Origin: Fibrobacteria bacterium
GTDB taxonomy: Bacteria; Fibrobacterota; Fibrobacteria; UBA11236
Assembly (NCBI GenBank): GCA_043745805.1
Contig: JAYTSD010000001.1
Location: 161,315 to 225,314 of the forward strand
Reading direction: 5' to 3'
DNA: 64,000 bases
Shown here: positions 55,107 to 63,826 of the stretch, piece by piece
Position numbering within the stretch: position 1 is the stretch's first letter
Layout: each line of letters opens with the position of its first letter
Translations under genes and position numbers: made by a program
Notes under the pieces: model-generated
Seen by the model: only the letters and a program-made list of their open reading frames with translations
The model's database searches: none
What the model was told of the DNA's origin: nothing

Positions 55107-57428
55107 CTAGTGAGGCATATTGACGTTGTCGATTCCTGCCTTGACTTGAAGATAATGAGCATTGATCTCCGCAGCTGAAAGCGCCCGGTCATAAACCTTG
55201 AGCTCATCCACGGCTCCATTGGTCAAATAGGTATTGAAGCTGCCATCCCCGTATTTGTAACCGACTATGGCTCTACCATCATAAGGCAAGTAAGGTACGA
55301 AGGGTTGGGCTCCGGCTTCTACGCCGTCTATGTATACCCTGTTCATTCCGTTGTCATTTAAGACGGCGGCGACATGGTACACCTTTCCTGGGATCAAGGG
55401 ATTGGTCGAGTGGGTTTCGTTCCACTTGATGTCATTCTGGTCGTTTCCGGTTGCGAAATTGAGCGTGTTCCCGGGCCAGATCATGAGTACATACCCTTGC
55501 GCTACCCCGGTTTGGAATTTCGTGCTGGCCAGAATCACGCCGGTTGTTCCTGGGTTCAAAACGATAGTTTCAATGGTGGCATGGGAGAAATTGAAAGCTC
55601 CGCGCGATCCGCGAGCTTCCAGTTCAAATCCGGGTTGTTTGAACTGCAGGCCGCGTCCAACAACGCCAGCAATGGGGTTTAAGGCTTCCGGCTTGTGCAA
55701 GGCAACTAAGTCATATCCATGTCCAGTTTCATCGGTGGCGAAAAAGCCTCCAACTCCGTTGTCGAAGGACCAATGCGCGAAAGGTCCTGGAGCATTACCA
55801 ATATTCAGAATCATATTGTCGGCAGTGGTATCCTTTTGATCCGTTGCTTCTAGGGTAAGCGTATGTTCACCGATTGGGAAACCCAGGCCTTGCAGGGTCA
55901 ATTCGCAGTTTCCGGAACTTGCGAGAAACCAATCTTTTAGAACTGTGGCTCCTTCGGTCCAACGGCAGGAAACAACATCACCATCTTCATCGGAAGCCGT
56001 TCCAGTTAAAATCGCACCGTCTGCTTCATACAGAGTAAGGGCGGTATTGGCACCGGCATTGGCAATTGGGGTAACATTGAATAATTGAGCTGCGAGTGAT
56101 AGTGAGGTGGCAGCTAAATCGGCATCAGTGAAGGCGAAAACGAAGAACTTGTTAGCACCGGCGATCAGTGGGATAAAGTCATTGTCATTGGAAAGGTACA
56201 AGGTATGGTTGACCACGCCATCGCGGACTATGTCTTCTCCGATTGCTATTCCTTCAAGCTTGGCAGGAATTTGGGTGTCGAGTATGCCGTTGGTCTTGAG
56301 TACCGCGGCAATATCCAAGAACAAGGTCTTGACGGGAGCGACTGCCAATAGGGCCGTGGCACCTGAGAGACTGGAAACGTCAGTTGCGCCGGCGACATCA
56401 ACGGACCAGAGCTGCTTGACCACGGCTTTGGTTCCATCACCAAGGCCCTTGCCGTCGCGTTCGAGAACCAAGAATTGGTGGCTGTTTAAGGCCAAGAGTT
56501 CACTGCTATTGTAAGCCTTGCTCAACGGGGGTCCGATGAAATTGTCATAGGCATATTCATGTGTGATACCTGAGGCGATATCAATAGTTACAATGCGGTT
56601 GGCACGTCCGCCATCGCCGCCGTCTTGGAGTAGCGGGCTCTGCATAAACCCGACCAAGGTTTTTCCGTCGGGTGTGATGGCCAAACCTTCCATGCCTTTA
56701 TTGGTAACACGACCAGTGGTATTGCCGGCGATTTCGCTGGCGCCCACACTAAAAAGGTTGGGAATGGCAAAATGTTCTGGCAGGGAATAGCTGCGGATAC
56801 GCTTGCCTGTGGCTCTATCGAATTGATAGACAAAGGGACCATATTCATCGGAAATGAAAAGACTTTTACGATCTCTAGACACGCGTACACCCTCGGGATC
56901 AAGGCGGGCGAAAGCTGAGTTTATGGAAAGCCCAGGAAGGAAATTGTCAGAACGGCCGGTGAAGTAGTGTTTGTCGGCAGTGTTAATATCAGGCACAGCG
57001 CTGGGAAGAGCGGCTGTGGTTCCATAAATGAGCGGCGATTCGCTATATAGCAAGGTCGTACCAGTCAGTGTTGGTGTGAGGGTATAGGGCAGCGAGCCGG
57101 AGGGTACGGCGCTTAAGTTCAATTCCAAGGATTGCCAACGACCAATATAACTGGTGGTATTGTCGATTAAGGGACCATTCGGATAGGTGGTGGCGTTGGG
57201 ACCGCGATCAGGAATGGCCACAAATTTGTTTCCGCCAGCCCAGGCCAAGCCCGAACCGATTCCGCCTAAATTATTACCAGGCAGACCGCTTTCCACATTG
57301 GTGGTAATCCCCGAGAAGTCGCTGGGTAGATCCAAGGAACCAATGGCAATGAGCTTGGGAGCCGCATGGCCGACTCCGGCAGCAATTAGCATTGCAGTTA
57401 ACAGTTTTTGCTGAAGTGAAATATTCAT
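55107..57428 (-). CDS. Secreted phytase-like (esterase-like activity of phytase) protein with Ig/PKD-like and LamG domains
   Basis: GG.GSGL, DRGPN, LDPEG, SDEYGP, NKGMEGL, QSPL.QD, LVLERD, KLEG, NDNDF; P.ANAG..DEDG linker domain; C-terminal LamG. Confidence 0.88.
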   Translation of the reverse strand: MNISLQQKLLTAMLIAAGVGHAAPKLIAIGSLDLPSDFSGITTNVESGLPGNNLGGIGSGLAWAGGNKFVAIPDRGPNATTYPNGPLIDNTTSYIGRWQSLELNLSAVPSGSLPYTLTPTLTGTTLLYSESPLIYGTTAALPSAVPDINTADKHYFTGRSDNFLPGLSINSAFARLDPEGVRVSRDRKSLFISDEYGPFVYQFDRATGKRIRSYSLPEHFAIPNLFSVGASEIAGNTTGRVTNKGMEGLAITPDGKTLVGFMQSPLLQDGGDGGRANRIVTIDIASGITHEYAYDNFIGPPLSKAYNSSELLALNSHQFLVLERDGKGLGDGTKAVVKQLWSVDVAGATDVSSLSGATALLAVAPVKTLFLDIAAVLKTNGILDTQIPAKLEGIAIGEDIVRDGVVNHTLYLSNDNDFIPLIAGANKFFVFAFTDADLAATSLSLAAQLFNVTPIANAGANTALTLYEADGAILTGTASDEDGDVVSCRWTEGATVLKDWFLASSGNCELTLQGLGFPIGEHTLTLEATDQKDTTADNMILNIGNAPGPFAHWSFDNGVGGFFATDETGHGYDLVALHKPEALNPIAGVVGRGLQFKQPGFELEARGSRGAFNFSHATIETIVLNPGTTGVILASTKFQTGVAQGYVLMIWPGNTLNFATGNDQNDIKWNETHSTNPLIPGKVYHVAAVLNDNGMNRVYIDGVEAGAQPFVPYLPYDGRAIVGYKYGDGSFNTYLTNGAVDELKVYDRALSAAEINAHYLQVKAGIDNVNMPH

Positions 57429-57711
57429 TTATGCGTTTCCTTTTTTGAGTTCCCAAGCCAAATTTCTTAGGGAGTAAACGTATGATTCGATTGTTTCCGA
57501 GGGTATTCGTTTAGGATACAAAAAGAATTCAAGGCGAATTCATAAGGCGTTCGGAGAGGTTACCGTTGGTAAATTTTACTTATGCATTTTTTGCAAACCA
57601 ATGTCGTTGCTATGTGCCGCGCTTTTCTTTTCCTAACCGCCCGACGTGTTTTGTAAGAGTTCAACAAACATTAATGGGACTGCTATAACAACAGAATTTC
57701 CATGCATTGAA

Positions 57712-58178
57712 TTAGATATTGAATATCCTATCCATTTGTTTTTTGTTGAAAGATTGTGGAATATTTTTCATTATAAAATTCCTAAGCATAATTCCCAAAC
57801 CCTTTTCTACACGGGCAAATTTACCAAGAGTCCAACTTGTATTGACAATGTCAATGTAGTTGGCTTTTTTTCTTAACGTTTCGTATTGTGAAAAAGTATT
57901 TCAATAGAAACTCCTTTATCCAGAAGTTGTCCAATCACATAAGCATCTTCAATGGCTTGAGAAGCTCCTTGCGCTAAATTTGGTGTGGCGGAATGAGCTG
58001 CATCACCAATTAAACATATATTTTCAATTCCTATTTCCTTAGCCAATATTTTTTGTAATTCTCCTCGGTGAATAGCAATATTTGCAACATCATGTTTTTG
58101 TTCATAGGCCGTGAGTTTACTTACTAAAAGTGGTTTTAATTGGCTGTCCGTAATTTTCAAAAATAGTTCTAGAACCAT
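57712..58178 (-). pseudogene. FAD-dependent monooxygenase pseudogene
   Basis: AIHRGELQ joined directly to LIGDAAHSATPNLAQGASQAIEDA (internal deletion); frameshift near 57900, after which FSQYETLRKK..IVNTSWTLGK...LRNFIMK continues to TAA at 57712; no GxGxxG N-terminus. Confidence 0.8.
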
Positions 58179-58320
58179 TGTTCAAAGAGGAATATCAGTA
58201 GCTTTCATTAGATTTTGTAAGTGCGGATTTATGTGGAGAAAGTTTACGACCTTTCCTAGTCATTAGCGTCTTTAATTATAGGGAAGAATTGTGTCCTTAA
58301 AAATAAAATTGAGGTAACAC

Positions 58321-60186
58321 CTAATCGATGCTCCCATAATCTCGTTTCCAGTTTTTCTTAGGCGGAGTACTATTTTTACCCATGGGTAAATTAGTCGTGA
58401 TGAGAATATCCGATTCGGTGACCATGCGCTCACAATAAAAAAGATCAAAAGGATAGGACGAACCGGTAGACAGTCCTAAATAGTCAAAATTTACTGATCC
58501 AGAGAGAGAGACATGATCGCCTCCCAAATCCATAACCAAAGTATTATTAATGAATAGCCATACATCATCATCACCTTTGAAATCGAAACTCATACCGGGA
58601 GCCATTGCAAATTGACCATGCATTTCCATGCAAAAGGAATAATTACGACTCTTTCCTTCTTTCCCCCAACCTTTTCCATCAATCGGAAAAAAGCCTGAAT
58701 CCGATGCACTACCCGTTTTGGCATATCTATAGAAATAAGTTCCTAATTCCCCTTGGCGAATAAACGGCAGAGAATCTTTGATAACATAATTTTTATAAGC
58801 GGCGGTATCTTTAGTACCCTTAACACTTTTAGGTGTGCAATCATTGTACTTGGAATTGTCTCCATTGCCATCACGCGGCATCCAATTGTTTGTAGCCGTA
58901 TCGGCAGGATTCCAAGGAGTAAACCATCTTTCCACCGCACAATTATAAAAGATATTACTTGCATTAGTAGTAAGCAGAGGTTTACCAATAGAGTCGCGCG
59001 CAAAATAACTAGCATCCAGAGTGGTATATTTTAATTTGTTTGTTTGAACCATGCCGGTATGAGCCGATCCACCACCACTTCCAAAAGGAAAATTTTGAAA
59101 TTCAGGATTACCCGATGCGGAAATGTTACTCGTGCTATAGTCATAATAAATTACTCTTGCCCACGAAGTATCCGGCGGAAGCACGGCGCTAGAGTGTAAA
59201 GAGAGTTTTTGTAATAAGGATGTTTTATATACGGAATCTTTTCCACCTTTTTGCATATAACTTTCTGCGAAAATAGAATAGGTTTCACTTCCTAAAGGAG
59301 ATACTCGAAAATTGACCTTGGTTGAACCTACGACAATGGAATCGAGTGTAGAATCAATGCCTGAATTTGAATTGTCATAGGGTGCTAGGCGATTTGCAGG
59401 AATAGGCTTTTCGGTAATCCATTCAGGTCCTGACCACCCTACTTGTCCATAATCTCCACCGCCGCCTTCTTTATGATAGTACTCGAAGTAATAACGTTTC
59501 CCACCCGTTAGCATTTGTGGATCCGACACTACTTTGCAATTATTGCATTGTGAGGAGGAGGGTTGACTCGCTAAAGTAGGCCAGCCACCGACTAAATAGT
59601 TACTACTCTGTGCCATGTAAGAGTAATTATATGCAATGGGTTGTGAGCTACGATTTGCTTTGGCTTCATCCGTACTTAAATAAAATTCCGATTGATCGTC
59701 TGCACGCACATAAAAAGTATAATATCCTGTAGTGGGCGCATAAATATATCCTTGCCAAAAAAGTCCATAATCATCTTTGTAAGTTAAATTACCATTATAT
59801 CCATTACTGTTCCAGTAGGAGCCAAGATAATTGGATGTTACCTCTATACTATTGCCTAATGAAGCGTTTTGCACGGCGGCATAAAAACTTTTAACATTCG
59901 AGCCATTACTACTCCAAAGCTTGGCCGTAATTTTTCCACGACCGCCAGTGTTTGTATACAAAGTATCGCGCCCACTCAAAACTTCATCGGCGAGCATAGT
60001 CATTATTCCATCGGCAGCATAAAAGGATTGAACTTTATTTTTATAATTTTGGGCCGTAACACGCGTGGTATATGAGTTAAATACCATACCTACTGCCATA
60101 GCGGAAATGCCCAGCATCATTAAAACCGAAAAAATTAGGATAAATCCCTTTTGCGAATTTAAATGAGTTTTCCCACTGAACATCAT
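58321..60186 (-). CDS. PilX-like N-terminus + PA14 + fibro-slime domain protein
   Basis: QKG|FILIF prepilin-like cleavage site and SFYAADG; PA14 (W.GYI.AP.TG.YTF...DD.S..YL, HKEGGGGD); fibro-slime (FFPIDG, NYSFCME.H, F.GDDDVW.FIN..LV.DLGG.H, FYCER). Confidence 0.88.
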   Translation of the reverse strand: MMFSGKTHLNSQKGFILIFSVLMMLGISAMAVGMVFNSYTTRVTAQNYKNKVQSFYAADGIMTMLADEVLSGRDTLYTNTGGRGKITAKLWSSNGSNVKSFYAAVQNASLGNSIEVTSNYLGSYWNSNGYNGNLTYKDDYGLFWQGYIYAPTTGYYTFYVRADDQSEFYLSTDEAKANRSSQPIAYNYSYMAQSSNYLVGGWPTLASQPSSSQCNNCKVVSDPQMLTGGKRYYFEYYHKEGGGGDYGQVGWSGPEWITEKPIPANRLAPYDNSNSGIDSTLDSIVVGSTKVNFRVSPLGSETYSIFAESYMQKGGKDSVYKTSLLQKLSLHSSAVLPPDTSWARVIYYDYSTSNISASGNPEFQNFPFGSGGGSAHTGMVQTNKLKYTTLDASYFARDSIGKPLLTTNASNIFYNCAVERWFTPWNPADTATNNWMPRDGNGDNSKYNDCTPKSVKGTKDTAAYKNYVIKDSLPFIRQGELGTYFYRYAKTGSASDSGFFPIDGKGWGKEGKSRNYSFCMEMHGQFAMAPGMSFDFKGDDDVWLFINNTLVMDLGGDHVSLSGSVNFDYLGLSTGSSYPFDLFYCERMVTESDILITTNLPMGKNSTPPKKNWKRDYGSID

Positions 60187-60465
60187 ACACTCCCCTATTA
60201 ACATTGTAGAGCTTGGCGAGCAAAATCAAGGATTTATTTTCCTATTAAACATATGCGATCTTTGCGTATTTTAAGGGGGAAAATGGGCTTAAACCCATTC
60301 TCCCCCTGGCCTCGGCTTCCACTGTTTAAGCGGAGCGCTGCAGATCGGGAATGGGAGTTCCGCAAAGGTAAACAGGGGTGATCCTCATCCACCCCCTCAT
60401 TTATTTTCCGATGGGGAAATTGTAATGGCAATCCGTGTAGGTTTTTTTAATTTAGCCCATGCAGT

Positions 60466-60541
60466 GGGGCCATAGCTCAGTTGGTAGAGCGTTTCGTTCG
60501 CAATGAAAAGGTCAGGAGTTCGATTCTCCTTGGCTCCACCA
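60466..60541 (+). tRNA. tRNA-Ala (anticodon CGC)
   Basis: GGGGCCA/TGGCTCC acceptor with G3:U70, D-arm AGCTCAGTTGGTAGAGC, loop TTCGCAA, TTCGA T-loop, encoded CCA. Confidence 0.97.
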
Positions 60542-60573
60542 ATTTTTCTTCGCAACTTTAAAAGAAAGGTGCT

Positions 60574-61266
60574 ATGAAATATCTCCAGGTTACATTATTA
60601 GGTTTCTTTTTGATAAGCACTCTATTTGCCAAAGATTTTTCCGAATCCTTTACAGTAAAAACTTTAGAGGGAAAAGCGGAAATTCATTTTTCCTGCTCTG
60701 AACCTGACAGTGCACAACAAAAAAAATGCGAAGTAAAATCCACAAAACTCGTCGTTCCCGATAAACAAATTAAAACCAGTTTTTTGGAATTAGTGGATAA
60801 ATTAAATTCAGGAGGAGATTCAGTACGTATCAATATTTGCAAATCTTTACAACTGATTGAACCTCGAAGTAAAGAAGCTAAGGACATTGTGGTTTTACTG
60901 CGTGACGGCTGTGAAAAAGCGGACAACAAAAAATTAATTCTCGCTTATACCAAAATGGATTCTTTATCCAAAATTACTTGCCTGATTTTAAATCGCTCGG
61001 AAAATATAAAGCTTATCGCTGCTAAAAACGGAGATTGGATTTATAGTGGTAAAAATATTAATGCCTGCTTCGAGGAAAAAAAATACGTGATAAAAACCGA
61101 AATGCCCTTCAGTCGCAAAATTGTGGAACAAATCATGACCTATTCCAATAAAAATTCTCCCGCTTGTGAGGCTGAAAAGCAGATAGAAGTGACATCGACA
61201 TTAAAACAATTAACGGACGGGCATTTTGAATTGCCAGATCAATGTCGTTATTTGTATTTGCAATAG
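60574..61266 (+). CDS. Secreted Cys-rich hypothetical protein
   Basis: Signal peptide (LFA), eight Cys, no recognised family. Confidence 0.65.
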   Translation: MKYLQVTLLGFFLISTLFAKDFSESFTVKTLEGKAEIHFSCSEPDSAQQKKCEVKSTKLVVPDKQIKTSFLELVDKLNSGGDSVRINICKSLQLIEPRSKEAKDIVVLLRDGCEKADNKKLILAYTKMDSLSKITCLILNRSENIKLIAAKNGDWIYSGKNINACFEEKKYVIKTEMPFSRKIVEQIMTYSNKNSPACEAEKQIEVTSTLKQLTDGHFELPDQCRYLYLQ

Positions 61267-61351
61267 AGGTAATATCTGTTCATAATGCCGCGTGTCCGAC
61301 ATATTATTAAATAGAGTATAATGTTTTTAGAATGATGACAAAAAAATAACA

Positions 61352-62506
61352 GTGAATCACACGACCCAAATTTTCCTCGAACTCTTTTTGGTTTTTGCTG
61401 CCGCACAAATTGGTGCGGAAATCGCGCAACGCTTAAAACTTCCTTCGGTAGTGGGTGAAATTGCTGTGGGCTGCATTTTAGGCCCGTCTTTATTGGGCTG
61501 GATACATATTCATGAACCCCTAGAAGTATTAGCGGAAATCGGCGCGGTACTTTTACTTTTTTCCGTGGGTTTGGAAACGCGCTTAGTGGATTTAAAAAAA
61601 GTCGGCGCGGTCGCAACCCTTGTAGGTGTTTGTGGAGTGGCCTTGCCATTTATTTTAGGCGCGGGTTGGGCGCATTTTAGCGGTTTTGATACGCCAAAAT
61701 CCTTATTTATTGCCGCCGCTTTTGTGGCAACCTCTGCGGGTATCACCGCAAAAGTATTGAGCGATATGGGTGCCTTGAATTTAACCGCCAGCCGTGTAAT
61801 TTTGGGCGCAGCGGTTATAGATGATATTCTCGCCATGTTACTACTGGGAGTTGTTACCGCCTTACAAGGCGGAGGCGGGATAAATTTTGCGGGCTTGATT
61901 TTTGTTTTTGTACAAGCGGTTGGTTTTGTAATCGTGATTACTTTAGTAGGTGCGCGCTTGATGCGTAAATCTTCAGCTTGGCTTGATGCGCCCATAAGTT
62001 CTCACTCTCCACTTTCTTTTGCTTTAGCGCTTTGTTTATTGCTTGCGGTTGCGGCTTCATATTTAGGTTTAGCCGCAATAATCGGAGCTTTTTTAGCAGG
62101 AATGATTTTAGCCGAATCCGACCAGCGGGGGTCACTGCAAAAACAATTGCATCCCATTTTAGCCTTTCTTGTCCCCTTTTTTTTTGTAGTGACTGGCGCA
62201 CAAGTGGATTTGCATGCTTTAGGAAATATCTCAACATTAACTGCATTGGGTATTGTTACGGTCTTAGCTGTATTAGGTAAAATTGTGGGTTGCGGTTTAG
62301 GAGCCTTGTCTTTAGGTCGAAAATCGGCTTTAATTATTGGAGTGGGAATGGTGCCTCGGGGAGAAGTCGGCATTATTGTGGCAAGCCTTGGGCAGCAAGC
62401 AGGTGTATTCTCAGGTCAAACTTATGCCATCATTATCGCGATGTCATTATTAACCTCCGTGATTGCGCCCCCCTTGTTGGGGAAATTGCTAAAGACATCC
62501 GTATAA
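61352..62506 (+). CDS. CPA2 cation:proton antiporter (NapA/GerN/Kef-like)
   Basis: PSVVGEI..G..LGP, LF.VGLE, ATSAGIT, AAVIDD, GAFLAG, GMVPRGEV. Confidence 0.92.
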   Translation: MNHTTQIFLELFLVFAAAQIGAEIAQRLKLPSVVGEIAVGCILGPSLLGWIHIHEPLEVLAEIGAVLLLFSVGLETRLVDLKKVGAVATLVGVCGVALPFILGAGWAHFSGFDTPKSLFIAAAFVATSAGITAKVLSDMGALNLTASRVILGAAVIDDILAMLLLGVVTALQGGGGINFAGLIFVFVQAVGFVIVITLVGARLMRKSSAWLDAPISSHSPLSFALALCLLLAVAASYLGLAAIIGAFLAGMILAESDQRGSLQKQLHPILAFLVPFFFVVTGAQVDLHALGNISTLTALGIVTVLAVLGKIVGCGLGALSLGRKSALIIGVGMVPRGEVGIIVASLGQQAGVFSGQTYAIIIAMSLLTSVIAPPLLGKLLKTSV

Positions 62507-62632
62507 TGCGCGCTCTATTTTAACAGTCAATTCGTTCAATTCTCGTTATTGTTTGTCTTTGTAGCTGTGTATTCAAAGTTTATCCAATGCGAGCATGACA
62601 ATTTTTTTATCAGGACCTAAGCTTTAAAAACT

Positions 62633-63682
62633 ATGGAAAACTCACAAAACAAAATAGAAAAAATCGGTGTATTACTTGTTAATGTAGGCACGCCAGACTT
62701 TCCAACTACAGCGTCGGTACGAAAATACCTGAATCAATTTTTAAGCGATCCTCGAGTTCTCGACATTCCAGCCCTAGGGCGTTGGTTATTATTAAAGGGA
62801 ATCATTCTTCCTTTTCGTTCGCCTAAATCTGCCGCAGCCTATCGGAAAATATGGACCTTAAAAGGTTCACCCCTTTTACAATTCTCCCTGGTTTTTTGCG
62901 AAAAACTGAAAAATGTTTTACCGGTAAATTATCAAGTCGAAATGGGAATGCGCTATGGTAATCCCTCCATCGGTTCAGCTTTAAAAAAATTAAATGCCCA
63001 TGAGCTCGATCACTTAATTTTGTTTCCCTTGTATCCTCAATATTCTTCCGCAGCGACGGGTACTTCTATTGAAGAAGTCGCGCAGGAGTTACGTCAATGT
63101 TGGAATATCCCGGCGGTACATACTATTCCTCCTTTTTATAATCAAGAAGGTTTTATACAATCCTTTGCGGCCAATGCAGAAATTGCGTTAGCTAAGGAAA
63201 AACCCGATCATATCTTATTCAGTTATCATGGACTTCCTGAAAGGCATATTCGCAAAAGCGAATGTGAAACAAATTTTTGCTTAAAGGCGGATAACTCTTG
63301 CTGTGAAAGCATACGCGCTGAAAATAGCCATTGCTACCGAGCCCAATGTTTCGATACTACGCGCCGTATGGCCACTAGCCTAAACCTGTCACCTACAAGT
63401 TACTCCACTGCTTTTCAGTCGCGTTTAGGACGAACGCCTTGGATTAAACCGTATACGGACGAGGTATTGGTTGCATTAGCAAAGCAGGGTGCGAAAAAGC
63501 TATTGGTTATTTGTCCGGCTTTTGTGGCAGACTGTTTAGAGACTTTGGAAGAAATCACCATTCGTGCTCGAGACAGTTTTATTGAAGCGGGTGGAGAAGA
63601 TTTGGTTTTATTGCCTTCTTTGAATGCCGATGATAAATGGGTGAATGCTGCCAAAGACTTGGTTTTAAAAACTATTTGCTGA
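62633..63682 (+). CDS. hemH: Ferrochelatase
   Basis: N.GTP, YL.QFLSDPRV, MRYGNP, PLYPQYS, FSYHGLP, FQSRLG..PW..PYT, FVADCLETLEE. Confidence 0.96.
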   Translation: MENSQNKIEKIGVLLVNVGTPDFPTTASVRKYLNQFLSDPRVLDIPALGRWLLLKGIILPFRSPKSAAAYRKIWTLKGSPLLQFSLVFCEKLKNVLPVNYQVEMGMRYGNPSIGSALKKLNAHELDHLILFPLYPQYSSAATGTSIEEVAQELRQCWNIPAVHTIPPFYNQEGFIQSFAANAEIALAKEKPDHILFSYHGLPERHIRKSECETNFCLKADNSCCESIRAENSHCYRAQCFDTTRRMATSLNLSPTSYSTAFQSRLGRTPWIKPYTDEVLVALAKQGAKKLLVICPAFVADCLETLEEITIRARDSFIEAGGEDLVLLPSLNADDKWVNAAKDLVLKTIC

Positions 63683-63797
63683 TTTTCACACATATTTAGG
63701 GCATCGCGTGAATCCATCCCCCATTATGTGCCGATATAGGCCGTTCTAGGAATAAAAGTCAGCCGGAAAAATATTTTTGATTTTTTCTACTGATTGC

Positions 63798-63826
63798 TTG
63801 ACGCTTTTGCAAAAGATGCATATCTT
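63798..63826 (+). promoter_or_regulatory. Sigma70 promoter, probably of an rRNA operon beyond the window
   Basis: AT-rich UP-like tract, TTGACG-17 bp-TATCTT, GC-rich discriminator, boxA-like GTTTATTTGA downstream, no ORF to the window end. Confidence 0.5.

Noticed and set aside
55330-57456. Several long antisense or alternate-frame ORFs over the phytase-like gene
   Set aside because: Expected by-product of higher GC and codon bias; no motifs or RBS
57646-57876. Plus-strand 76-aa ORF
   Set aside because: Antisense to the C-terminal part of the monooxygenase pseudogene
60285-60375. c-di-GMP-I riboswitch
   Set aside because: Lacks the GNRA-capped P2 stem and faces the tRNA rather than a CDS; kept only as an unassigned structured region
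60466-61266. Integrative element inserted at tRNA-Ala
   Set aside because: No integrase and no duplicated tRNA 3' end seen in the window
61510-62373. Antisense ORFs over the CPA2 antiporter
   Set aside because: Typical Lys/Pro/Thr-rich shadows of a hydrophobic membrane-protein gene
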